Source: Myxococcota bacterium (lineage in GTDB: Bacteria; Myxococcota_A; Polyangia; Polyangiales; Sandaracinaceae). Taken from it: DNA of 64,000 nt. The notes under the pieces were generated by a model, which was not told the DNA's origin, made no database searches, and saw only the letters and a program-made list of their open reading frames with translations. The stretch is taken from positions 64,001-128,000 of the forward strand of contig JAYZQJ010000007.1 in NCBI GenBank assembly GCA_036149055.1, given 5' to 3'. Shown here piece after piece: positions 9,096-18,279 of the stretch (position 1 is the stretch's first letter; every line of letters starts with the position of its first letter). A program made the translations under genes and the position numbers.

Positions 9096-10256
9096 ATGCT
9101 TCGCTTCCTCCTTCTCTGTCCCGCCCTCGCGCTGATCGGCTGCTACGAAGACCATGGCCTCCGCGGCGCCGCCCCCGAGGCGCCCGATGCGGGGCCGGCC
9201 GTCGACTGCGTGGAGGTCCCCGCCGAGGACCCCGAGGCCGTCCGCCCGGAGAAGGTCGACCTTCTCCTCATGGTCGACAACAGCAACTCCATGGACGAGG
9301 AGCAGGACTCGCTGGCCCGCTCCCTCCCGGGCTTCGTCCGGGCCCTCGTGAGCGGGGACGCCGATCTCGACGGGCGGGTCGACTTCGCGCCGGTCGGGAG
9401 CCTGCACGTCGCGGTCGTCAACTCCGACATGGGCACCGGCGCCCACGAGGTGCCCACCTGCGAAGACGCCCGCTTCGGCGACGACGGCGTCATGCGCCCC
9501 GCGAACACCGCGCTCGACGGCTGCGCGCCCGACGACGCGCCGTTCCTGACCTTCGAGCCGGGCGGCGACGAGTCGGTCGACGCGTTCGCCGCGCGCGCCG
9601 CCTGCCGGACCACCGTCGGCACCGGCGGCTGCGGGTTCGAGCAGCAGCTCGAGGCGGCGCTCAAGGCGGTCACCCCGAGCACCTCGCCGATCCGCTTCTT
9701 CGGCGACTCCGTGGGTCACGGCGACGGCGCCAACGCGGGCTTCCTCCGCGACGACTCGATCCTCGCGGTGGTCGTGGTGACCGACGAGGACGACTGCTCG
9801 GCCCGCGACCCCGCTCTCTTCGATCGGGACTCCTTCACCTACCGCGACACCGACCTCAATCTCCGCTGCAACCTCCACCGGGACGCCCTCTACGGCGTGT
9901 GGCGCTACGTGGCCGGGCTGATCAGCCTCCGCGAGCGGGAGCCCGGGCGGCTCGTCTACGCGACGATCGCCGGCATCCCGTCCGACCTGAGCGGTGAGCC
10001 CGAGGCGGTGAGCCTGCTCGACCTCCGGCTGGAGGAGCGGGTGGACCCGGACATGCGCAACCGGCTCCTCCCGTCGTGCGACGTGACCGGGCGCGGTCAG
10101 GCGTTCCCGCCGCGCCGGCTCCTCGAGGTGGGCCAGCGGCTGCGAGAGGCGGGCGCGCGCACCACCCACATCTCGATCTGCCAGGAGGACTTCAGCCCGG
10201 CGGTCGCCCTGGTCCTGGAGGAGATCCGGGCCGCGGCCCGGCCGGTGTGCGAATGA
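9096..10256 (+). CDS. Myxobacterial vWA-like lipoprotein
   Basis: Lipobox LIGC; VDLLLMVDNSNSMDEEQ (MIDAS DxSxS), GCGFEQQLEA, VTDEDDCS. Confidence 0.8.
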   Translation: MLRFLLLCPALALIGCYEDHGLRGAAPEAPDAGPAVDCVEVPAEDPEAVRPEKVDLLLMVDNSNSMDEEQDSLARSLPGFVRALVSGDADLDGRVDFAPVGSLHVAVVNSDMGTGAHEVPTCEDARFGDDGVMRPANTALDGCAPDDAPFLTFEPGGDESVDAFAARAACRTTVGTGGCGFEQQLEAALKAVTPSTSPIRFFGDSVGHGDGANAGFLRDDSILAVVVVTDEDDCSARDPALFDRDSFTYRDTDLNLRCNLHRDALYGVWRYVAGLISLREREPGRLVYATIAGIPSDLSGEPEAVSLLDLRLEERVDPDMRNRLLPSCDVTGRGQAFPPRRLLEVGQRLREAGARTTHISICQEDFSPAVALVLEEIRAAARPVCE

Positions 10257-10306
10257 CGTCACCGTCTTCGACCTGCGCCCGGGGTGGGTTCGGGTCATGA
10301 TCTCCC

Positions 10307-11533
10307 ATGCGCGAGGTCGCGTTCGTCCTCTGTCTCGTCGCCTGCGGCGCGCCCACGGCGCCGGAGGACGCGGGATCGGACGCGGGCGCCCCGGACGACG
10401 CCGCGGCCCCGGACGCGGGCGCGAGCCCCTGTGACGCGGTGCGGGTGCCGCCCCGGACGGTGGAGGCGGACACCTCCTGGCCCTGCGGGCGGTGGACGCT
10501 CGACGGCCCGGTCACCGTGCGCGCCGGCGCCACCCTGACCCTCGAGCCGGGCAGCACGATCGAGGCGGGCGACGAGGACGCGCGGGTGGTGGTCGAGCGC
10601 GACGGTCGGCTGATCGCCGAAGGCACGCCGGCCCGCCCGATCGTGATCCGAGGCGCCGACGGCTGGGACGGCGTGCACCTCCGCGGCGCCGCCCGGATCA
10701 ACGTGGGGGCCTGCTTCGAGGACCCGCGCCCCGACACGCCGGAGTGCGAGCTGCCCGGCTGGCGCGAGCGGCAGGATCCGCGCGGCGCCTACGGCGGGGA
10801 CGACGACACCTCGGACTGCGGCGTGCTGCGCTACGTGCGGGTGATCGGGGCGCCGCTCACCTTCTCGGGCTGCGGCTCGGACACCCTCGTGAGCCACGTC
10901 CGGGTGGACGACGCGCCCGGCGACGGAGTCACGGTCCGCGGCGGGGTGGTGCCGCTCGGGCACCTGCTGGTCGTTCGCCCCGAGGGGCGCGGGCTCGTGG
11001 TGGACGAGGGCTATCGCGGCGACGTGCAGCTCCTGGTGGTGGACCACGCGGGCGACGACGCGCTCCGGATCGGCAGCCGCGCCGATCGCCCCGAGGCGCC
11101 CCCGCGGACCGACGCGCGCCTCTGGAACGTCACCCTCCTCGGCGACGAAGACGGCCGGCCGCTGTGGATCGGCGACGGGGCCTTCGCCGCGGTGCGCAAC
11201 CTCGTCGCCGTCGACTTCGGCGAGGGCCCGCGCTTCGAGGTCGAGGACGAGGCGTGGCCGGGCAGCGTGAGCCTCGCGCACGCGCTGCTCGTCCGGGTGG
11301 CCGAGCCCGGGTCCGAGCGCGACGAGGAGTGGCTGGACGATCCGGAGCGCGCCATCCACACCGAGCCCGACCCGGAGCTCGAGGGCTACGCGCCCGGGCG
11401 ATCGCTCCCGGAGGGAGAGGAGCCGTCGTTCGGTCCCTTCACCCCCGCCGACTTCGGCAACCGGCGCGCGGTCTTCCTCGGCGCCGTGCCCTTCGCCGGC
11501 GACGACTGGACCCGCGAGCTCGGCCCGCCGTGA
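10307..11533 (+). CDS. Right-handed beta-helix lipoprotein
   Basis: Lipobox LVAC; VTVRAGATLTLEPG, LIAEGTPARPIV, YGGDDDTSDCGVLRYVRV. Confidence 0.7.
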   Translation: MREVAFVLCLVACGAPTAPEDAGSDAGAPDDAAAPDAGASPCDAVRVPPRTVEADTSWPCGRWTLDGPVTVRAGATLTLEPGSTIEAGDEDARVVVERDGRLIAEGTPARPIVIRGADGWDGVHLRGAARINVGACFEDPRPDTPECELPGWRERQDPRGAYGGDDDTSDCGVLRYVRVIGAPLTFSGCGSDTLVSHVRVDDAPGDGVTVRGGVVPLGHLLVVRPEGRGLVVDEGYRGDVQLLVVDHAGDDALRIGSRADRPEAPPRTDARLWNVTLLGDEDGRPLWIGDGAFAAVRNLVAVDFGEGPRFEVEDEAWPGSVSLAHALLVRVAEPGSERDEEWLDDPERAIHTEPDPELEGYAPGRSLPEGEEPSFGPFTPADFGNRRAVFLGAVPFAGDDWTRELGPP

Positions 11534-12663
11534 GCGTCGACCGCCCGATCTTCGATCGGCTGCCCGGCTTCGACGCGCCGTGGGAGCCGCTGGGCGACTT
11601 CCCGACCCCGGTCGAGCCGATGCGCGAGACGGGAGCGCGGCTCGGCGCCCCGGACGCGTTGTGGATCAAGCGAGACGATCTCTCGTCGCCGGTCTACGGA
11701 GGCAACAAGGTCCGCACCCTGGAGGCGCTCTTCGGGCTGGCGAAGGCGCGAGGCGCCGCCCGCGTCTACTCGACCGGCGCCTACGGGAGCAACCACGCCA
11801 CCGCCACCGTGCTGCACGCCCCGCGCGCCGGGCTCGAGCCGGGGGTGATCCTCTTCCCGCAGCCGAAGAGCCACGCCGCGGTCGAGAACCTCCGGGTGAT
11901 GCTCTCGCGCCGGCCGGCGCTGCGGGCCCTGCCGCACTGGTCGTTTCTCCCTCTCGGCATGCAGTGGCAGGCGCTCCAGGACCGCCGGGCCGGGATCGAG
12001 GCGTTCCAGATGGTCCCCGGCGGCGCGACCCCGGAGGGCGCGCTCGGCTACGTGTCGGCGGCGCTCGAGCTGGCCCTCCAGGTCGAGGCGGGCGAGGCCC
12101 CGCGACCGCGTCAGGTGCTGCTCGGGGTGGGCTCGACCTGCACGAGCGCGGGGCTCCTGCTCGGGCTCCGGATCGCCGCGGCGCTCGGGATCGGCTGGAA
12201 GACGCCGCCCCGGATCGTCAGCGTGCGCGTCACCCCGTGGCCGGTCACGAGCGCCTTCCGCATCGTCGGCCTCGCGGTCCGCACCGGCCAGCTCCTCGCG
12301 CGCATCACCGGCGAGCGTCGCTGGGGGCGGTCCCGCGCCGAGCTCGCGGCCGGGCTCGAGGTCGACGGCGGCCAGCTGGGGCTCGGCTACGGTCGCCCGA
12401 CCGCGCGCGGCGTCGAGGCCATCCGTTGGGTCCGCGAGGCCGAGGGGCTGGAGCTCGACACGACCTACAGCGCCAAGGCGTTCGCGGCCGCCCTCGCGCG
12501 GGCCCGCGCCCACGCCGCCCGGACCGACGAGCCGGGCCCGCTCCTCTACTGGTCGACCAAGAGCACCGCGCCCCTGCCCGAGGTCGACGAGGCCGACTGG
12601 CGCTGGGCCCCCCGCGCGATGACGCGGTGGATCGAGCGGGCTCAGAAGAAGCCGCGGGCCTGA
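11530..12663 (+). CDS. PLP-dependent D-cysteine desulfhydrase/ACC deaminase family
   Basis: PTPVEP, LWIKRDD...GGNKVRTLE, GSNHA, LDTTYSAKA; GTG overlaps the upstream stop. Confidence 0.88.
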   Translation: MSVDRPIFDRLPGFDAPWEPLGDFPTPVEPMRETGARLGAPDALWIKRDDLSSPVYGGNKVRTLEALFGLAKARGAARVYSTGAYGSNHATATVLHAPRAGLEPGVILFPQPKSHAAVENLRVMLSRRPALRALPHWSFLPLGMQWQALQDRRAGIEAFQMVPGGATPEGALGYVSAALELALQVEAGEAPRPRQVLLGVGSTCTSAGLLLGLRIAAALGIGWKTPPRIVSVRVTPWPVTSAFRIVGLAVRTGQLLARITGERRWGRSRAELAAGLEVDGGQLGLGYGRPTARGVEAIRWVREAEGLELDTTYSAKAFAAALARARAHAARTDEPGPLLYWSTKSTAPLPEVDEADWRWAPRAMTRWIERAQKKPRA

Positions 12664-12926
12664 TCCGGGGTCACCCCGTCGACCGCGACCCGCTTGCTCC
12701 GCCCGGTCTCGCCGCTGGTGATGCGCACCGCCGACTTCGCCACCCCGAGGCGCTTGGCGAGGAGCTTCACGAGCGCCGCGTTGGCCGCGCCGTCGACCGG
12801 CGGCGCGGTGAGCGACACCTTCAGCGCGCCGTCGTGGGCCCCGCCGATCGCGTCTCGGCTCGCCCGCGGGCTGACCCGCACCCGGAAGGCGCAGCCGGTC
12901 TCGGTGGCCTCGATCACCACGGTCAC
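12642..12926 (-). CDS. DUF167/YggU family protein
   Basis: VRVSPRASRDAI, LKVSLTAPPVDGAANAALV, ITSGETGRSKRV. Confidence 0.9.
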   Translation of the reverse strand: MTVVIEATETGCAFRVRVSPRASRDAIGGAHDGALKVSLTAPPVDGAANAALVKLLAKRLGVAKSAVRITSGETGRSKRVAVDGVTPDQARGFF

Positions 12927-12962
12927 TCGACGGAGCCTAGCCGCTCGGCCAAGCTCCGCGCG

Positions 12963-13517
12963 ATGGCGAACAAGACGGGGCTGCCGGGCGCCCCGAAGGA
13001 GAAGCTCGGCGCGCCGACGATCATGGACCGCGCGCTCGCCGCGAGTCACGGCGTCACCTACGTGCACCTCGCGGTCTTCTCGATCGACGTCGACCGGATC
13101 CGCGAGGCGGTCGAGGGCTACGACGACCCGCGCCCCTTCGGCTGGGAGGTGTTCCTCACCGAGCAGTACCTCCTGACCCACTTCGACCCGGCCAAGCGCC
13201 CCGAGGAGGCGGCGTTCTTCGAGGAGGTCGTGCTCTCGATCCTCGACGGCCGGCCCGACGCGCTCGGCTCGCAGCTCTCGTTCGCGGTGTGGGACGCGAT
13301 CCAGCGCGGCCGGTTCCCCAAGCGCCTGGAGGGCGCGTTCCGGAGCTGGAAGGCGCGGCCCAAGGAGCTGGTGAAGGATCTCGCGAAGCTGTGGGCCGAC
13401 GAGGAGGCGCTCCGGGAGTCGCTCGCGCGCGGCTGCCTCGAGGTCACGCTCGAGCCGCCGCTCGCCCCGCCGACCGTCGAGGCGCTCCGGGATCTTGCCG
13501 ACCCCCTGGTCGGTTGA
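12963..13517 (+). CDS. Hypothetical protein
   Basis: Good GC3 codon bias, MANKTGLPG...; no family recognised. Confidence 0.75.
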   Translation: MANKTGLPGAPKEKLGAPTIMDRALAASHGVTYVHLAVFSIDVDRIREAVEGYDDPRPFGWEVFLTEQYLLTHFDPAKRPEEAAFFEEVVLSILDGRPDALGSQLSFAVWDAIQRGRFPKRLEGAFRSWKARPKELVKDLAKLWADEEALRESLARGCLEVTLEPPLAPPTVEALRDLADPLVG

Positions 13518-13550
13518 CCCGGGCCATCCCTCGGACGAGAGTTCGCGCCG

Positions 13551-14462
13551 ATGCACCCGATCCTGTTCGAGATCCCCGGCGTGGGCCCCGTCTACTCGTA
13601 CGGAGTGATGCTGGGCACCTCGCTCTTCGCCGCGTGGTTCCTGATCATGTGGCTCGGGGAGACCAAGGAGGGCCTCGACACGGACACGATGGCCGGCACC
13701 TTCATCACGACCGCCATCGTCGCGATCGTGATGAGCCGGGTCCTCTACATCCTCACCAACCCCGAGGACTTCGGCGACCCGGCCGACTGGTTCAGGCTCA
13801 GCGCGGGCGGGCTCGTCGCCTACGGCGGCTTCCTCGGCGGGCTGCTCGGCTCCTGGCTCTATCTGCGCCGCAAGCCGGGCGCGAGCCTGCTCGGGTGGGC
13901 CGACGTGGTCGCGCCGACCCTGGGCATCGGGCTCGGGGCGACCCGGATCGGCTGCTACCTCTACGGCTGCGACTTCGGCGCGCCGCTCTCGGCCGACGCG
14001 CCCTCCTGGCTGCGCGATTGGGGCACCTTCCCGCGGCACGCCGACGGCACCGGCTCGCCGGCCTGGTCGCACCACGTCGCCGAGTACGACCTGTCGCCGC
14101 TCAGCGACTACAGCCTCCCGGTCCACCCGACCCAGCTCTACGAGTCGCTCTTCGGCTTCGCGCTCGCCGGCCTCGCGCTCTGGCTCTGGCGGCGCCGCGC
14201 CTTCAAGGGCCAGATCATCCTCACGATCACCGCCCTCTACGCCGTCTGGCGCTTCTTCATCGAGTACGTGCGGGACGATCCGGAGCGCGGCTTCTACCTC
14301 GGCTTCTCGACCTCGCAGCTCATCTCGCTCGCGCTGCTCCCGATGGTGGGCTTCCTCTATCAGCAGCTCGCCAAGCAGGCGAAGCAGGCCCCGGTCCCGG
14401 CCGAGGAGCCGCCGGCCGAGAAGCCCCGGAAGAAGAAGGCGAAGAAGAAGAAGCGCGCCTGA
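13551..14462 (+). CDS. lgt: Prolipoprotein diacylglyceryl transferase
   Basis: MHPILFEI, YSYGVM, GGLVAYGG, RIGCYLYGCDFG, HPTQLYE, RFFIEYVR. Confidence 0.95.
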   Translation: MHPILFEIPGVGPVYSYGVMLGTSLFAAWFLIMWLGETKEGLDTDTMAGTFITTAIVAIVMSRVLYILTNPEDFGDPADWFRLSAGGLVAYGGFLGGLLGSWLYLRRKPGASLLGWADVVAPTLGIGLGATRIGCYLYGCDFGAPLSADAPSWLRDWGTFPRHADGTGSPAWSHHVAEYDLSPLSDYSLPVHPTQLYESLFGFALAGLALWLWRRRAFKGQIILTITALYAVWRFFIEYVRDDPERGFYLGFSTSQLISLALLPMVGFLYQQLAKQAKQAPVPAEEPPAEKPRKKKAKKKKRA

Positions 14463-14584
14463 CGGCCTGTCAGGAGGCGCCCGGGGGCGATGACAGAATG
14501 TCAGCCACCGGGGCGTCGGGCGGCCCGGATCCTCGCGGGATCGGCCTCGACACGCTCGGCACGCCGGCTGCAATGCCTGAAGGC

Positions 14585-15028
14585 ATGCAGTCCCGATTCG
14601 TGCTCTACAGCGTGCTCGCGACCCTCTTCATCGGCGGCTTCGCCTTCGTGGCGGACGCGCTGGTGGTCTCGGACGAGGAGCACCTCGGCGAGCTGGCCGA
14701 GGCGGTGACCGAAGGCGACGGCCAGGCGCGGGTCGACGCGGCGATGCGCTGGATGGATCTCTCGCGCGCCGAGGTGACCGTCCGGCAGAACGGCTCGAGC
14801 GCCACCTTCGACGAGGGCGACGGCTTCCGGCTCCAGCGGGAGGTCGAGGACGCGCTCTCGGCGTTCCGCGACCCGGACGCGGAGGTGGTCCAGCGCTCGG
14901 TCGACGTCGACGGGGAGCGAGCCACCGTCGCCGTCCGGGTGCGCACCGGCGGCGCGGCCCACGACGCGAGCTTCCACCTCGTCCGGAGCGGGCAGGGCTG
15001 GCTCGTGGAGCGGCTCTCGACGCGCTGA
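14585..15028 (+). CDS. Hypothetical membrane-anchored protein (NTF2-like)
   Basis: N-terminal TM; VDVDGERATV...FHLVRSGQGWLV. Confidence 0.65.
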   Translation: MQSRFVLYSVLATLFIGGFAFVADALVVSDEEHLGELAEAVTEGDGQARVDAAMRWMDLSRAEVTVRQNGSSATFDEGDGFRLQREVEDALSAFRDPDAEVVQRSVDVDGERATVAVRVRTGGAAHDASFHLVRSGQGWLVERLSTR

Positions 15029-15068
15029 CCTTTGCATCGGGCCCCGGCCTCCCTATGTCGGTGTCGTC

Positions 15069-16430
15069 ATGCACGTCATCAACCCGACCACGGGCGAGAA
15101 GGGCCAGCAGTTCGAGCTCCACACCGACGAGGAGGTGGAGGCGAAGCTGAAGCTCGCCGCCGGCTCCCAGGCGCAGTGGGCCCAGACCCCGCTCCATCAC
15201 CGCGCGGAGCTGCTCCGGCGCGTGGCCGAGAGCCTCCGGTCGCAGAAGCGGCCGCTCGCCGAGCTCATGACCCGGGAGATGGGCAAGCCGATCGCCCAGG
15301 GGGAGAGCGAGGCGGAGAAGTGCGCCTGGGTCTGTGACTACTACGCCGAGAACGCGGCCGCGTTCCTGGCCCGGGAGGACATCGAGACCGACGCGAGCGA
15401 GAGCTACGTCGCCCACCGCCCGTACGGCGTGGTCCTCGCGATCATGCCGTGGAACTTCCCCTTCTGGCAGCTCTTCCGGCACGCGGCGCCCGGGCTGATG
15501 GCCGGCAACGCCATCCTGCTGAAGCACGCCGCCAACGTGCCCGGCTGCGCCGAGGCGATCGAGCGCATCTTCGTCGAGGCCGGCTTCCTCCACGGCCTGG
15601 TGACCAACCTGCGCATGGACCACGACGTGTCCGAGCGGGTCATCCGCGATCCCCGGGTCGCGGGCGTCACCCTCACCGGCTCGACCGCGGCCGGCAAGAA
15701 GATCGCGTCGATCGCGGGCGAGGCGCTCAAGAAGACCGTGCTCGAGCTCGGCGGCAGCGACCCCTACGTCATCCTCGACGACGCCGACCTCGAGGAGGCG
15801 GTGGAGGCCTGCGTGAAGAGCCGGCTGATCAACAACGGCCAGAGCTGCATCGCGGCCAAGCGCTTCATCGTCACCGAGAAGAACCACGACGCCTTCGTCG
15901 AGCGCATGGTCGCGCGGATGGCGGACCAGTCGATGGGCGACCCGATGGAGGAGAGCACCGACGTCGGGCCGCAGGCGCGCGAGGACCTGCGCGACGAGCT
16001 GCACGCCCAGGTCGAGAAGAGCGTGGAGGCGGGCGCGACCGTGGCGCTCGGCGGGGAGATCCCCGACCGGCCCGGCTTCTTCTATCCGCCCACCGTGCTC
16101 ACCGGGGTGGCGAAGGGCATGCCGGCCTACGACGAGGAGCTCTTCGGCCCGGTCGCCGCGGTGATCCGCGCGAAGGACGAGGAGGAGGCGATCGCGATCG
16201 CGAACGACACCTCCTTCGGGCTGGGGGCGGCGGTGTTCACCGCCGACGTCGCGCGGGGCCGCGAGATCGCCGAGACCCGCCTGCACGCGGGCTGCTGCTT
16301 CGTGAACACGTTCGTGCGGAGCGACCCGCGGCTGCCGTTCGGCGGGGTGGGGGAGAGCGGCTACGGCCGCGAGCTCGCCCGCCAGGGCATCCTCGAATTC
16401 GTCAACCAGAAGACCGTCTACGTCGCCTGA
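15069..16430 (+). CDS. NAD(P)-dependent succinate-semialdehyde dehydrogenase family
   Basis: IMPWNFPFWQ, LELGGSDP, NNGQSCIAAKR, EELFGP, PFGGVGESGYGRE. Confidence 0.93.
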   Translation: MHVINPTTGEKGQQFELHTDEEVEAKLKLAAGSQAQWAQTPLHHRAELLRRVAESLRSQKRPLAELMTREMGKPIAQGESEAEKCAWVCDYYAENAAAFLAREDIETDASESYVAHRPYGVVLAIMPWNFPFWQLFRHAAPGLMAGNAILLKHAANVPGCAEAIERIFVEAGFLHGLVTNLRMDHDVSERVIRDPRVAGVTLTGSTAAGKKIASIAGEALKKTVLELGGSDPYVILDDADLEEAVEACVKSRLINNGQSCIAAKRFIVTEKNHDAFVERMVARMADQSMGDPMEESTDVGPQAREDLRDELHAQVEKSVEAGATVALGGEIPDRPGFFYPPTVLTGVAKGMPAYDEELFGPVAAVIRAKDEEEAIAIANDTSFGLGAAVFTADVARGREIAETRLHAGCCFVNTFVRSDPRLPFGGVGESGYGRELARQGILEFVNQKTVYVA

Positions 16431-16548
16431 TCGTCCGCCGACCGGGACCGTGTCGCTTTTGTGACGGGGCGCCGAAACGTGTTGAACGAATCGATTCGGG
16501 GAACATGATCGCGGCGTCTTGAGCGGAGACGAAAGACCATCTGGGAAG

Positions 16549-17652
16549 ATGGAGGGGCCGAGCGGTTTCGGGCTCGCCAACCTCTACGACTTCTTCGTCG
16601 AGATCGTCGTCCGCGAGCGGGTCTTCCTCACCCTGCTCGGCGTCGGCTTCCTGGTCGCCGCGCTCACCTACGACATCCCGCGGATCGCGATGTGGGTGGG
16701 CTTCGGGGTCGCCGGCTACTCCGCGGTCGCCAACGACAGCATCCAGACCATCGGCACCTTCATCGCGTCCAACCGCGAGCAGCGCTGGTGGCATCTCTGG
16801 CTGTTCATCGGCGGCATCTGGCTCGCGACCGTAGGCTACAGCTGGTGGGCCTACGACGGCGACGTCACCTACGGGCGACTCGCGGCGAAGGGCTTCGACG
16901 AGTCGCCGACCAGCTTCTCGTTCCTGCAGGTCGCGGCGCCGCTCTTCCTGCTCGTCCTGACCCGGCTGCGCATGCCGGTCTCGACCACCTTTCTCCTGCT
17001 GTCGAGCTTCGCCGCCGGCGCAGGCAGCGTCGCGTCGGTGATGACCAAGAGCCTGGCCGGCTACGGCGTCGCGTTCGGGGCGGCGTTCGTGATCTGGATG
17101 GCGACCACCAAGATCATGGACCGGCACTTCACCGGGCCGCCGGCTGGCTTCTGGCGGCCGTTCCAGTGGGTGACCAGCGGGCTGCTCTGGAGCGTCTGGA
17201 TCCAGCAGGACGCGGCCAACATCGCCGTCTATCTCCCTCGCCAGCTGAGCCCCATCCAGGTGCTCGCGTTCGGCGGAGTCGTGTTCGTGGGGCTCGGCTT
17301 CCTCTTCAAGATGGGCGGCGAGCGGGTCCAGGAGATCGTCGACGAGAAGTCGAACGTCGTCGACGTGCGCGCGGCCACCGTGATCGACCTCGTCTACGCG
17401 GTGATCCTCTACGTCTTCAAGATCTGGTCGAACGTGCCGATGAGCACGACCTGGGTGTTCATCGGGCTGCTGGGCGGCCGCGAGCTGGCGATGTCGATCC
17501 GCAAGAGCTCGGAGCTCAGCCTGAAGCAGGCCGGCAAGCTGATGGGGCGCGACGTGCTCGCGGCCGGCATCGGCCTGATCGTCTCGCTGGCCCTCGCCTA
17601 CGCGGTGAACCAGGACTTCCGCGACGAGGTCTGGAACACCTTCGCGGGTTGA
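16549..17652 (+). CDS. PiT/PHO4-like inorganic phosphate (or sulfate) permease
   Basis: ANDSIQT, MPVSTT, QDAANI, VPMSTT duplicated signature; many TM helices. Confidence 0.7.
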   Translation: MEGPSGFGLANLYDFFVEIVVRERVFLTLLGVGFLVAALTYDIPRIAMWVGFGVAGYSAVANDSIQTIGTFIASNREQRWWHLWLFIGGIWLATVGYSWWAYDGDVTYGRLAAKGFDESPTSFSFLQVAAPLFLLVLTRLRMPVSTTFLLLSSFAAGAGSVASVMTKSLAGYGVAFGAAFVIWMATTKIMDRHFTGPPAGFWRPFQWVTSGLLWSVWIQQDAANIAVYLPRQLSPIQVLAFGGVVFVGLGFLFKMGGERVQEIVDEKSNVVDVRAATVIDLVYAVILYVFKIWSNVPMSTTWVFIGLLGGRELAMSIRKSSELSLKQAGKLMGRDVLAAGIGLIVSLALAYAVNQDFRDEVWNTFAG

Positions 17653-17666
17653 GCGAGACTGCCGGC

Positions 17667-18176
17667 ATGAGCGACGAGCAGCGCATCGAGTCCTTCGAGG
17701 AGTTCTGGCCCTACTATCTGTCGGAGCATCGGAACCCGACCTCCCGCCGGCTGCACTTCGTCGGCACGAGCGGATTCCTGGCGAGCTGCGCGGCCAGCGC
17801 CGCCCTCCACCCGGTCCGCTTCCCGCTGGCGATGGCCGGCTTCGCGGCGATCGGGCGCGACGCGCTGAAGAAGGGCGAGACCGACGGCCCGTCCTTCAAG
17901 CACATCGCCGGCATGCTCGCCTGCGGCGTCGCCGGCTCCCCGCTCACCTTCCCCGCCGGCGTCGTCTTCGCCTACGGCTGCGCGTGGATCGGGCACTTCA
18001 AGGTGGAGCACAACCGCCCCGCGACCTTCAAGTACCCGCTCTGGTCGCTCGCGAGCGACTTCAAGATGTGGTCGCTGATGCTCCGCGGGAAGCTCTGGAG
18101 CGGCGACCCGCTCGAGGAGCTCGGCCTCGAGGACCCCGACGTGGAGCCGCCCCCCGCGCCCCACGTGATGGCCTGA
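17667..18176 (+). CDS. DUF962/Mpo1-like membrane protein
   Basis: FEEFWPYYLSEHRNPTSRRLHFVG, AWIGHFKVEHNRPATFKYPLWSL. Confidence 0.9.
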   Translation: MSDEQRIESFEEFWPYYLSEHRNPTSRRLHFVGTSGFLASCAASAALHPVRFPLAMAGFAAIGRDALKKGETDGPSFKHIAGMLACGVAGSPLTFPAGVVFAYGCAWIGHFKVEHNRPATFKYPLWSLASDFKMWSLMLRGKLWSGDPLEELGLEDPDVEPPPAPHVMA

Positions 18177-18186
18177 GTCCCCGACC

Positions 18187-18279
18187 TGGGAGGAGGGGAC
18201 TGGGAGGAGGGGACGGAGTGAACTTGTGAACTCACGTCGGCGTCATGCCTACGTAAGTTCACAAGTCAACTCCGTCCCC
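18187..18279. repeat. Long imperfect inverted repeat (REP/MITE-like hairpin) with a 14-nt tandem duplication; likely bidirectional terminator
   Basis: Arms 18209-18237 and 18251-18279 (29 nt, 3 mismatches); TGGGAGGAGGGGAC x2; between convergent genes. Confidence 0.75.

Noticed and set aside
12642..12663. Convergent 3' overlap of the desulfhydrase and DUF167 genes
   Set aside because: Short tail-to-tail overlaps are ordinary in compact high-GC genomes.
16450..16490. Pho box upstream of the PiT-like permease
   Set aside because: GTTCA/GTCAC half-sites are on the opposite strand, degenerate and imperfectly phased (10/11/11); too weak to call.
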